Source: Mobula hypostoma
Taxonomy: Eukaryota
Length of the DNA: 64,000 nucleotides
Assembly (NCBI RefSeq): GCF_963921235.1
Contig: NC_086098.1
Coordinates: forward strand, 5,270,001-5,334,000
Direction: 5' to 3'
The position numbers were made by a program, and so were the translations under genes. A model generated the notes under the pieces. The model was not told the origin of the DNA. It searched no databases and saw only the letters and a list, made by a program, of their open reading frames with translations. Below are positions 11,150 through 23,194 of this stretch, one piece after another (position 1 is the first letter of the stretch; each line of letters begins with the position of its first letter).

Positions 11150-14088
11150 GTAGAAACATAGAAAACCTACAGCACAATACAGGCCCTTCGGCCCACAAAG
11201 CTGTGCTGACCATGTCCCTACCTCAGAACTACCTAGGCTTTACTCATAGCCCTCTATTTTTCAAAGCTCCATGTAGCCTCTTAAAAGACCCTATCGTTTC
11301 CGCCTCCACCATTGCTGCCAGCAGCCCATTCCACGCACTCACCACTCTCTTCATAAAAAACTTACCCCTGACATCTCCTCTGTACCTACTTCCAAGCACC
11401 TTAAACCTGTCCTCTCTTGTGGCAGCCAATTCAGTCCTGGGAAAAAGCCTCTGACTATCCACACAATCAATGCCTCTCACCATCTTGTACACCTCTATCA
11501 GGTCACCTCTCATCCTCCGTCGCTCCAAGGAGAAAAGGCCGAGTTCACTCAACCTATTCTCATAAGGCATGCTCCCTAATCCAGGCAACATCCTTGTACA
11601 TCTCCTCTGCACCCTTTCTATGGTTTCCACGTCCTTCCTGTAGTGAGGTGAACAGAAATAAGGACAGTACTTCAAGTGGGGTCTGACCAGGATCCTATAT
11701 AGCTCTAATATTACCTCTCGGCTCTTGAACTCAATCCCATGGCTGATGAAGGCCAATACACCATATGCCTTCTTAACCACAGAGTCAACCTGCGCAGCAG
11801 CTTTGAGTGTCCTATGGACTTGGACCCCAAGATCCCTCTGATCCTCCACACTGCCAAGAATCTTACCATTAATACTATATTCTGCCATCATATTTGACCT
11901 ACCAAAATGAACCACCTCACACTTATCTTGGTTGAACTCCATCTGCCACTTCTCAGCCCAGTTTTGCATCCTATCAATGTCCCGCTGTAACCTCTGACAG
12001 CCCTCCACACTATCCACAACACCTCCCACCTTTGTGTCATCAGCAAATTTACTAACCCGACCCTCCACTTCCTCATGCTGGTCATTTATAAAAATCATGA
12101 AGAATAGGGGTCCCAGAACAGATCCCTGAGGCACACCACTGGTCACCAACCTCCATGCAGAATATGACCTGTCTACAACCACACTTTGCCTTCTGTGGGC
12201 AAGCCAGTTCTGGATCCACAAAGCAATGTCCCTTTGGACCCCATGCCTCCTTACTTTTTCAATAAGCCTTGCATGGGGTACCTTATCAAATGCCTTGCTG
12301 AAATCCATATACACTACATCTACTGCTCTACCTTCATCAATGTGTTTAGTCACATCCTCAAAAATTTCAATCAGGCTCGTAAGACACAACCTGCCTTTGA
12401 CAAAGTCATGCTGACTATTCCTAATCATATTTAAGGCGTCCGTTAGTCTTGCGAGACCATGGATCTGTGCCTGGAAAGTCTTCACTCTCCAGGGCACAGG
12501 CTTGGGCAAGGTTGTATGGAATACCAGCAGTTGCCCATGCTGCAAGTCTCCCCTTTCCACGACACCAATGTTGTCCAAGGGAAGGGCATTAGGACCTTCA
12601 CAGTTTGGCACCAGTGTCATCGCAGAGCAATGTGTGATTAAGTGCCTTGCTCAAGGACACAACACGTTCCCTCGGCTGGGGCTTGAACTCATGACCTTCA
12701 GGTCGCTAGTCCAATGCCTTAACCACTTGGCCACGTGCCCACACTAATCATATTATGCCTCTCCAAATGTTCATAAATCCTGCCTCTCAGGATCTTCTCC
12801 ATCAACTTACCAACCACTGAAGTATGACTCACTGGTCTATAATTTCCTGGGCTATCTCTACTCCCTTTCTTGAATAAGGGAAAAACATCTGCAACTCTCC
12901 AATCCTCCGGAACCTCTCCCGTCCCCATTGATGTTGCAAAGATCATTGCCAGAGACTCAGCAATCTCCTCCCTCGCCTCCCACAGTAGTCTGGGGTACAT
13001 CCCGTCCGGTCCCGGAGACTTATCCAACTTGATGCTTTCCAAAAGCTCCAGCACATAACTCTTTCTTAATATCTACATGCTCAAGCTTTTTAGTACACTA
13101 CAAGTCATCCCTATGAACGCCAGGATCGTTTTCCATAGTGAATTAATGAAGCAAAGTATCCATTAAGTACCTCCTCTATCTCCTTCGGTTCCATACACAC
13201 TTTTCCACTGTCACACTTGATTGGTCCTATTCTCCTATTCTTATCCTCTTGCTCTTCACATACTTGTAGAATGCCTTGGGGGTTTTCCTTAATCAAGTCC
13301 ACCAAGGCCTTCTCATGGCCCCTTCTGGCTCTCCTAATTTCGTTCTTAAGCTCCTTCTTGTTCGTCTTACAATCCTCTAGATCTCTATCATTACCTAGAT
13401 TTTTGTACCTTTTGTAAGCTTTTCTTTTCTTCTTGACTGGATTTTCAACAGCCATTGTACACCACGGTTCCTGTACCCTACCATCCTCTCCCTGTCTCAT
13501 TGGAATGTACCTATGCAGAACGCCACACAAATACCCGCTGAGCATTTGCCACATTTCTGCCGCGTATTTCCCTGAGAACATCTGTTCCCAATTTATGCTT
13601 CCAATTCCTGCCTGATAGCCTCATATTTCCCCTTACTCCAATTAAACACTTTCCTACCTTGTCTGTTCCTATCCCTCTCCAACGCTATGGTAAACAACAG
13701 AGATTTGTGATCACTATTTCCAAAATGCTTTCCCACTGAGAGACCTGACACCTGACCAGGTTCATTTCCCAATACCAGATCAAGTACAGCCTCTCCTCTT
13801 GTAGGATTATCTACATATTGTGTAGGATACCTTCCTGAACACACCTAACAAACTCTACCCCATCTAAACCCCTCACTCTAGGGAGATGCCAATCGATATT
13901 TGGGAAATTAAAATCTTCCACCACAACAACCCTGTTATTATTACTTCTTTCCAGAATCTGTCTCCTACCTGCTCCTCGATGTCCCTGTTACTTTTGAGTG
14001 GTCTATAAAAACATCCAGTAGAGTTATTGTCCCTTCCTATTCCTAACTTCCACCCACAGAGACTCTGTAGATAACCCCTCCATAGACA
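11150..14088 (-). mobile_element. CR1 LINE, 5'-truncated ORF2 (endonuclease part and RT), decayed
   Basis: ORFs with [32 protein letters not shown] and GNSDH. CATAGAAA tail on plus strand at ~11151-11165. Confidence 0.93.
12432..12743 (-). mobile_element. tRNA-derived SINE (CORE-like domain, RTE-like tail) inserted in CR1
   Basis: 11-bp TSD CTAATCATATT (12421-12431 and 12744-12754). Minus strand has A box TGGCCAAGTGG, B box GAGTTCAAGCC and GTGTCCTTGAGCAAGGCACTTAA. Confidence 0.85.
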
Positions 14089-14559
14089 TCTGTTGTGAAA
14101 TCTGATGTTTTGCGGTCGCATTAAGGGCAATGTATAAAATAATACTATACTATAAGTTACAATAAGATCACTCTGCCGTCGGAGAGGGGAGATTGCCTTT
14201 TGATTGCTGGTGGGATCACTCTGCTGCCACAGAGGGAAAGGCCTACTACTGTATCCAGAGAATGTTACCCAGGTTTTCTGCATTTTGGATATGGACTTGG
14301 ACGAGAGACTTTTCCCATCTTATAGATTTATATATTCTGTGTTTCCCACTCTATCTTTCTCGGGGTTTTTTTTTGTGTGCTGGGGAGGGGGCTGTGCCTG
14401 TTCTGTTTTTGTTTGTGATTTTTATATGGAGGAAGGATTTGGGTGTTTATCATTTTGCTGCTGTTCTTATCTTTCTTGGTTTCATATCTACCTGGAGAAG
14501 AAAAATTTCAGAGTTGTGTACTTTGATAATAAATGAGTCTTTGAATAATATATAGTAGT

Positions 14560-14881
14560 AGTAGGCAGCCGTCGATCCCAGGGGATCATGGGTTTGCACC
14601 TCTGGTGGACTGTGTCCTCTCCAGGGCAAGAAGATTTGAAGAACCAGCTGTTGCCCATGCAGTGGGTCCCCCTCTCCACGTCACTGATGTAGTCCAAGGG
14701 AAGGGCAAGTGCCAATACAGCTTGGCATCAGTGTCATCGCAGAGGTTGCCAGAGTGAAGTTGTAAACAACATCAAACTGCCTTAGGGACACCAGCTCCGG
14801 ATTTCTTCCTCGGAGTTTACTCCTAAAGCTTTTCCCATGGGTGGGTATGGCCGCAAGGCAGCGGAGGTTTAAAATCAGAGT
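14560..14881. mobile_element. RTE-related non-autonomous repeat
   Basis: Shares sequence with the SINE tail at 12432-12620 and with 33780-33861 plus 35074-35270. Confidence 0.6.
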
Positions 14882-15072
14882 TTTAAACACAAAATAATCT
14901 GCAGATGTTGGGGTCAAAGCAACACTCACAACACGCTGGAGGGACTCAGCAGGTTGGGCAGCATCCGTGGAAAAGATCGGTCGACGTACGAAGGGTTCCG
15001 GCCCGAAACATTGACCGATCTTTTCCACGGATGCTGCCCGACCTGCTGAGTTCCTCCAGCGTGTTGTGAGTG
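14882..15072. mobile_element. Inverted-repeat PLE-end element with partial hammerhead core
   Basis: Long inverted repeats around ACGAAGGGTTCCGGCCCGAAAC. Flanking duplication TTAAAATCAGAGT (14869-14881 and 15073-15085). Confidence 0.8.
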
Positions 15073-15504
15073 TTAAAATCAGAGTATTCCTTCTCCAGTC
15101 TATCTACCCATGGATGGATGTAACTGTGGATGTTAGTTGCAGTTGTCCCAAATGGGAATATTTGATAATTCCCTTCAGAGCTGCATGCAAGATGTAAGCA
15201 CTTTCTGGCACCTTGGTCGGGACTGGAACCCACTCCCTGGAAAAACAATGGAACATAGAAACCATCACCACATTAAATCAAAGTGCAAAATGATCTGCAG
15301 GACGTTGGACCCCAAAATACCTCTGTACTTTAATGCTATTAGAGGGTTTACCATTAACTGTATATGTACTTTCTCCTTTCATTTGACGTCCAAAAGAGGA
15401 AGTTCTCACAAATGAGTGGCTAACCCTTAAGGTAACCTGCACCCTAAGACACAGAACTCTTCAGTCTTTAACAATCATTTGTCTTGAATTATATCCACAG
15501 TGGC

Positions 15505-15960
15505 TATACTTTATTAGCTGCTTGAAGCGATTTGGCATCTCAACAAATATGCTCAAAAACTTCTCTAGATGTACCATGGAGAGCATTCTGACAGGCTGCA
15601 TCACTGTCTGGTATAGAGGGGCTACTGCACAGGACTGAAAGAAGCTGCAGAAGGTTGTAAATCTAGTCAGTTCCATCTTGGGCACCAGCCTACAAAGTAC
15701 CCAGGACATCTTTAGGAAGTAGTGTCTCAGAAAGGCAGCGTCCATTATTAAGGACCTCCAGCACTCTGGACATGCCCTTTTCTCACTGTTACCATCAGGT
15801 AGGAGGTACAGAGGCCTGAAGGCACACACTCAGCGATTCAGGAACAGCTTCTTCCCCTCTGCCATCCAATTCCTCAAGGGACTTTGAAGCTTTGGACACT
15901 ACCTCACTTTTTTAACATACAGTATTTTGCATATTTTTTTAATAATCTATTCAATATACA
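15505..15960 (+). mobile_element. Rex1/Babar LINE 3' fragment
   Basis: Translates to ...CTMESILTGCITVWY...LFSLLPSGRRYR...RFRNSFFPSAI, the Rex1-type C-terminus. Confidence 0.8.
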
Positions 15961-15967
15961 TCATTGA

Positions 15968-17630
15968 TTTCACAAAATAATCTGCAGATGCTGGGGTCAA
16001 AGCAACACTCACAACACGCTGGAGGAACTCAGCATGTCGGGCAACATCCGTGGAAACAATGAGTCGACGTGTCGAGCCAGAACCCTTCGTCAGGACTGTA
16101 GAGGGAAGGGGCAGAGGCCCTATAAAGAAGGTGGGGGGAGGGTAGGAAGGAGAAGGCTGGTAGGTTCCAGGTGAAGAACCAGTAAGGAGAAAGATAAAGG
16201 AGTGGGGGAGGGGAAGCAGGGAGGTGATAGGCAGGAAAGGTGAAGAAAGAATAGGAGAAAGCACAATGGGTAGTCGAAGGAGGCGGAACCATGAGGGAGG
16301 TGATAGGCAGCTGGGGGAGGGGGCTGAGTGACATAGGGATAGGGGAAGGGAGGGGGAGGGAATTACCGGAAGTTGGAGAATTCTATGTTCATACCAAGGG
16401 GCTGGAGACTACCTAGACAGTATATGAGGTGTTGCTTTTCCAACCTGAGTTTAGCCTCATCATGGCAATAAAGGAGGCCATGTATGGACATATCCAAATG
16501 GGAATGGGAAGCAGAGTTGAAGTGGGTGGCTACTGGGAGATCCTGTCTGTTGTGGCGGACGGAGCGGAGGTGCTTGACGAAGCAGTCCCCTAATCTGCGT
16601 CGGGTTTCACTGATGTAGAGGAGGCCACACTGGGAGCTCCGGATGCAATAGATGACCCCAACAGACTCACAAGTGAAGTGTTTCCTCACCTGAGGACTGT
16701 TTGAGGCCCTGAATGTTGGCAAGAGAGGAAGTGTAGGGACAGGTGTAGCACCTATGCTTACAGGGATAAGTGACGGGTGGGAGATCCATGGGGAGGGACG
16801 TGTGGATCAGGGATTCACGGAGGGAACGATCCCTGCGGAAAGCGGAGAGGGATGGAGATGGAAAGATGTGCTTAGTGGTGGGGTCCCGTTAAAGGTGGCG
16901 GAAGTTGCAGAGGATAATGTGCTGGATCCGGAGGCTGGTGGGGTGGTAGGTGAGGACAAGGGGAACTCTGTCCTGTCCCTGTTGTGGTGGCGGGAGGATG
17001 GGGTGAGGGCTGAAGTGTGGGAAATGGAGGAGATGCAGGTGAGGGCATCATTGATGACAGCAGAAGGTAAACCACGATCCTTAAAGAAAGAGGACATTTG
17101 AGATGTCCTGGAATGGAAAGCCTCATCCTGGGAGCAGATGCTGCCGAGATGGAGGAACTGGGAATAGGGAATGGCATTTTTGCATGTGGCAGGGTGGGAA
17201 GAGGTATAGTTGAGGTAGTTATGAGAGTCAGTGGGCTTGTAGAAGATGTCAGTGGGCTGTAGAAGATGTCAGTGGACAGTCTGTCTCCAGAGATGGAGAC
17301 CGAGAGATCGAGAAAGGGGAGAGAAGTGTCCGAGATAGACCAAGTGAATTTGAGGGCTGGGTGGAAGTTTGAAGTAAAGTTGATGAAATTGACGAGCTAA
17401 GCATGGGTGCAGGAAGCAGCACCAATGTAGTTGTCAATGTAGCGAAGGAAAAGTTGGGGAGCAGTACCAGAAGAGGTTTGGAGCACAGACTGTTCCACAT
17501 AACCAACAAAGAGGCAGGCATAGCTGGGGCCCATGCAAGTTCCCATAGCTACACCTTCAGTCTGGAGAAAGTGGGAAGAGCCTCCAGCGTGTTGTGCGTG
17601 TTGCTTTGACCCCAGCATCTGCAGATTAGC
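15968..17630 (-). mobile_element. Penelope-like element, 5'-truncated (RT, GIY-YIG endonuclease, pLTR)
   Basis: GVAMGTCMGPSYACLF/FLRYIDN RT motifs. VIYCIR...LYISET GIY-YIG motif. Inverted copy of the terminal repeat at 17581-17628. Degenerate hammerhead at ~16062-16097. Confidence 0.92.
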
Positions 17631-18119
17631 TGCCAACCATGACTGATTAGTCCTATTTGCCCAAAGCGACTGGTGTTAAAGCGCCAGTAACCCACCTTTT
17701 TCTCTTCTCTTTTCAGTAGAAGATAGATGGATAGATATTTTATTGACCCCAAAGGAAGTTACAGAAATGGTTCTGCTGGGCTTAGTAGCTAAGTCACCAG
17801 TGAAGCCTGGATTTGGACTTGGATGTCAGAGGCTATTGGAGCTGCACACCATTAGGAGTATTTAATAGGTAGTGGGAGCTTATCCCCACTACCTCCACCG
17901 GCTATAACAACTTTGAGGAACCACTCTGGATATAATTCAGATGAATACAGCCAGACTTCAAAATAGATCCATCAGAAGCTGGGATTAACCCGGATAGTTT
18001 TTGTTTAACTGCCTCAGGCAGTTAACTGCAAGATCTCATTCGGCATAGGAAATTTCATGTGACCCTGATTCTAAGTGAAACTGCAGTTAAAGAGAAGTTC
18101 GAGTAGTATCATCAAAATC

Positions 18120-18600
18120 ATTATGTGCCATGTTTCCTGGGAGTTTAACAGAATGAGCAGAGATTTGATAGAGGTATACAAAATTATGAGGAGTATAGAT
18201 AGGATAAATGCAAGCAGGCTTTTTCCACTCACAACACGCTGGAGGAACTCAGCAGGTCAGGCAGCATCCGTGGAAAAGATCGGTCGACGTTTCGGGCCGG
18301 AACCCTTCGTCAGGACAGACTACAACCAGAGGTCATGGGTTAAGGATGAAAGGTGAGAAGTTTAAGGGAAACATGAGGGGAGACTTCTTCACTCAGAGGG
18401 TGGTGAGAGTGTGGAATGAGCTGCCAGCGCAAGTAGCGCATGCAAGCTTGATTTCAATGTTTGAGAGAAGTTTGGATGGGTACATGGATAGTTGGGGTAC
18501 AGAGGGCTATGGTCCCTATGCAGGTCATTTGGTTGGCAGTTTAAATGGCTTTTGGCTTGGAGTAGATGAACCAAAGAGCCTGTTTCTATGCTGTAATTCT
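18120..18600 (+). mobile_element. CR1 3' fragment with an inserted PLE end (~18227-18316)
   Basis: DLIEVYKIMR...RGHGL...FFTQRVV CR1 C-terminal motifs interrupted by pLTR sequence. Confidence 0.8.
18283..18316 (-). ncRNA. Minimal hammerhead ribozyme (PLE type)
   Basis: Minus strand reads GTC CTGACGA AGGGTTCCGGCCC GAAA CGTC GAC: complete CUGANGA/GAAA core, helix II GGG/CCC, GUC cleavage triplet, helix I GUC/GAC. Confidence 0.75.
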
Positions 18601-19696
18601 CAATCTTCAGAGATTTTTTGGGGGTGAAGGATGAAACATACAAGTAGCATGTTGCTTCAATAAAAAAGACCTGTTTAAAAGTCTGAACCTAATTAGGGGC
18701 TAATTAGTCATTATAACTATAAAATAACACGATTACCGATGCCCACATTCCTAAAACTTTGAATTAGCTGAGATTGTTGCTCAAGGTTTAGTGACCAGTT
18801 CTCCTCAGGGGATCTCACATGAATGCTTCACATTTGGGACAATTTATCTGGACCATTGTAATCACAAGTGATTCCACAGATGCTGGAAATCCGGAATAGC
18901 TCTTCATCTGTAAGTGTATCAGTCTGAAATGTGAACTGTTTATTTCTTTACATAGATGCTGTCCAACTTGCTCAGTTCCTCCAGCATTTTGTACGTGTTA
19001 CTTGGTTACTCTAGTGTCTGCTTCCACCGAAGATCTGGTGGGTACAAAGCGATTCAGCATCAGGATCAAGATTAATTTCATAGAAACATAGAAAGCCTAC
19101 AGCACAATACAGGCCCTTTGGCCCACAAAGCTGTGCCGAACACGTCCTTACCGGAGAAATTACCTAGGGTTACACATAGCCCTCTATTTTTCTGAGCTCT
19201 ATATACCTGTCCAGCAGTCTCCTAAGAGACCCTATCGTATCTGCCTCCACCACCATCGCCGGCAGCCCATTCCACGTACTCACCACTCTCTGTGTAAAAC
19301 ACTTACCCCTGACATCTTCTCTGTACCTACTTCCAAGCACCTTGTTCATGCTTTTTATTAACTCACTACAGAATGTGGCCCTTTATACAAATCTACACGC
19401 TCGGTAGACTCTTGGTTTTCAGAGTGTTTTACTTTAAGCTTGTCTCTTCTTTACAGGCTCCAAATAAATCATTCCATAAGTTTCTTGCTGTATGAATGCT
19501 TATAGCATAGTATCTTGTATCATTAGGATCTCAATACCCTTCACCACTGTTGGTCTTGCCTTTTAGCTAAAAGATACAATGTTTTTAAAAGATTTTAGTG
19601 CTACCATCAATATTAGAATACCGACATTTCGGACACTTGGAGTATTGTGATCCGTTCTGGTCGCCTTATTATAGGAATGATGTGGGAGCTTCAGAG

Positions 19697-19776
19697 CTGG
19701 GGTTCCCAACTTGAGTTCCATGGCCCCTTTGCTTCATGGTAATGGACCATGGCGTAAAAAAGGTTGGGAACACCTG
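19697..19776. mobile_element. 80-bp hAT (Charlie/Buster-type) MITE within an old CR1
   Basis: TIRs CTGGGGTTCCCAAC / GTTGGGAACACCTG. 8-bp TSD CTTCAGAG / CTTTAGAG. Confidence 0.75.
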
Positions 19777-20344
19777 CTTTAGAGTGAGTGCAGAGAAAAT
19801 GTTACCAGGGCGCTGCCTGGATTGGAGAGCATGTCTCATCAGGATAGGTTGAGTGAGCTAGGGCTTTTCTCCTTTCAATGAGGGAGGATGAAAGGCTTCT
19901 TGTTAGAGCTGTACGAGATGATAGAAGGCAGAGACCTTTTCCGAGGGGAGGTGGGAGCGGCTCATATAAGGGGGCATCATTGCAAGATAGTGGGTGAATG
20001 TATGGGGGATGTCAGAGGTAAGTGTTTTACACAGAGAGTGGTGGGCATGTAGAACGCATTGCCAGGGATGGTGGTGGAGATAGATACATTTGGGATATTT
20101 TAAGAGGCTCTTAGATACGCACATAGATGGTGATGGAAATATTGATGGCTATTTGGGAGGGAAGGATCTTAAAAGCTCAACATAACATTGTGGGTCAAAG
20201 AGCCTGTAGTGTGCTGTAATTTTCTGTGTTCTATAATCAGTGTTTCCCCATTTTTTTTAGCCTTAAACCTCCCCAAAGCATTTTTGTACTTGCCAATGCC
20301 CCTCCTAAAATACCTACATACTTGTCTTCTTCCCTCTTAGGCCC

Positions 20345-22598
20345 ATAGAACCATTGAACCAGAGAACACGATAGCAAAGAATACAGGCCATTTGGTCCTT
20401 CTAGTCTGTGCCAAAACTTTATTCCGCTAGTCCCATTGACCCACACCCAGTCCATAACCCTCCAGACCTCTCCCATCCATGCATCTATCCAATTTGTTCT
20501 TAAAACTTAAGAGTGAGCCAGCATCTACCACATCAGATGGCAGCTCGTTCCACACTCCCACCACTCTCTGAGTGAAGAAGTTCCCTGTAATGTTCTCACT
20601 AAATCTTTCCCCTTTCACGCTAAAGCCATGTCCTCTTGATTTATCTCTCCTCATCTTAAGTAGAAGGAGCCTGCTTGCATTTACTCTGTCTATACCCCTC
20701 ATTATTTTGTAAACCTCATTCTTCTATGCTCCAAGGCATAACGTCCTAACCTGTTCAATCTTTCCCTGTAACTCAACTCCTGAAGACCCGGCAACATCCT
20801 AGTAAATCTTCTCAGCACACTTTCAATCTTACTGATATCCTGTTGTTAAGTAGGGGCCATGCACAGTTCTGATTTGATGGAGACAGCCGTGAGAGCACAG
20901 AGGAACATCTGGAGTAACCTCTGAAATGCCCGGTTTGCTGCCGCTGCTACTGTGCAATTGAGAATCTCCAGAGAGAAGGCCCAAAATCCTTGGCTTTGCC
21001 TGCTGCTGGCAGCTGGGGCTGGGGTCGAAGCGTTCGGCAGAGATGGTGCTCGGTGCTCGGTGTCAGAGGGCTGGTCGGAGCTCGAAGTTTTCCGACGACT
21101 CAGAGTCGGGCTGTGGTCAGGTATGGCAGGGAGAGTTTTCTTCCTTCTCCCATCTGCATGAGATGTGGGACTTTCGAGAGACTTTGAACTTTTTACCATG
21201 CTAAGTGGCCTGTTCTTCATCAAGTTATGGTATTGCTTGCACTTTTTGTCAGTTTTTTAGTCTTGGTCTGTCCTGTGTTTCTGTGATATCATGCCGGAGA
21301 AATATTGTATCATTTCTTAATGCATGCATTACTAAATGACAATAAAGGAGGACTGCATGTCCTCATAATCTAATCTAATCCTTCCTATAGTTAGGTGACC
21401 AGAACTGCACACAGTATCCCAAATTTGGCCTCACCAATGTCTTATACAACCTCGCCATAACATCCCAACTCCTATACTCAATACTTTGATTTATGAATGC
21501 CAGGATGCCAAAAGCCTTCTTTACCAATCTGTCCATCTGTGATGCCACTTTCAGGGAATTATGTATCTGAACTCCCAGATCTCTTTGTTCCTCCACACTC
21601 CTCAGTGCCCTACCATTTACTGTGTATGTTCTACCTTGATTTGTCCTTCCAAAATGCAACACCTCACACTTGTCTGCATTAAGTTCCATCTGCCATTTTC
21701 TAGCCCATTTTTTCAGCTGGTCCAGATCTCTCTGCAAGCTTTGAAAGCCTTCCTCGCCGTCCACAACGCCTCCAATCTTAGTGTCATCAGCAAACTTGCT
21801 GATCCAATATTCCACATTTTCATCTAGATCATTGATATAGACAACAAGCAACAATGGTCCCAGCACAGATCCCTGAGGCACACCACTAGTCACAGGCCTC
21901 CAGTCTGAGAAGCAATCATCCACTACCACTCTCTGTCTTCTCCCACACAGCCAATTTTGAATCCAGTTTACAACCTAGTGTCTGAACCTTCTGAACTAAC
22001 CTCCCATGTGGGACTTTGTCAAAAGTAGTCAACATCCACATCCTTTCCCTCATCTACTTTCTTTGTAACCTCTTCAAAAAACTACTCTGCAATATCCGTT
22101 AAACACGATCTACCATGCACAAAGCCATGCTGACTATCCTTAATCAGCCCTTGGCTGTACGAATACTTGTATATCCGATCTCTCAGAACACCTTCCGATA
22201 ATTTACCTATTATTGATGTTCGGCTCACTGGTCTGTAATTGCCTGGTTTCTTTTTAGAGCCTTTTTTAAACAATGGAACAACATGAGCCACCCTCCAGTC
22301 CTCCGGCTAATGACATTTGAAATATTTCAGCCAGGGCCCCTGCAATTTCTACACTAGTCTCTCTCAATGTCTGAGGAAATATCCTGTCAGACCCGGGGGA
22401 TTTATCTACCTTTATTTGCTGTAAGGCAGCAAGCACCTCCTCCTCTTTAATCTCTATCTGTTCCATGACACTACTGCTTGTTTCCCTTCCTTCCATATAC
22501 ACTCTGCCAGTTTCCTGACCAGATACTGATTAAAAAAACTGTTTAAGATCTCCCCCATCTCCTGAGGCTCCACACATAGAAGACCACTCTGATCTTCT
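20345..22598 (-). mobile_element. CR1 LINE fragment (RT), interrupted by retroposon 20846-21380
   Basis: [18 protein letters not shown] and NYRPVS motifs in ORFs 21375-21929 and 22082-22502. Confidence 0.88.
20846..21380 (+). mobile_element. Non-autonomous retroposon with (TAATC)n tail
   Basis: Same family as 4510-5109. Ends CCTCATAATCTAATCTAATC and splits a CR1. Confidence 0.75.
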
Positions 22599-23194
22599 TA
22601 TACTTTTCAGCGCCCCATAGTGTAAAAACATGTCTACCATATGATAACATGAGAAAAATGATTCTGCTTTAAATTATTTGTCTTTAAGCCTAGCTTACAC
22701 AGTACCTATGTGCTGTACAGCAGGTTTTATATCAATGTGATCTTTGAGCTTGATGGTTTTTAGTAAGAGTTGAAATATCTGGTTCAAGTTGTGACAGCAA
22801 AAGCCTTAAGTCCCCTTCAGTAACAATGTCCCAAGTGGTTTCTGTTCTTTGTGAGTGTCTGGCTCACTCCACAGAAGCCTTTTTCAACAGGGTAGGAGGA
22901 TGGAAATGCAATGCAGTTTGGCTCTTCTCCAAAGACCAGGAAACTTCATATGACAGTATAGCCACATACCACAAAAGCTGACATTTTTTGAAAAGCATTT
23001 TTGCTTCTTCATCATTCTGGATTTTGATAATTTTTCTTGTGACCTCTCTTCCTGTTCTTCCACCTTGTGAAAAAAAAAGGTTAATTACCCAGTCCGGAAT
23101 TTCCAGATCATTCAAATCCTTGAATTGATTCTGAAAAACCTTCTTCAATGACTGCAGGTATAAGCAGTACTCTTACAAATCACCGTCTATGAAA

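Noticed and set aside
11244..12620. Novel RT fusion protein
   Set aside because: Chance in-frame join of a SINE tail and a decayed CR1 RT.
12670..12743. tRNA gene
   Set aside because: It is the tRNA-derived head of a TSD-flanked SINE.
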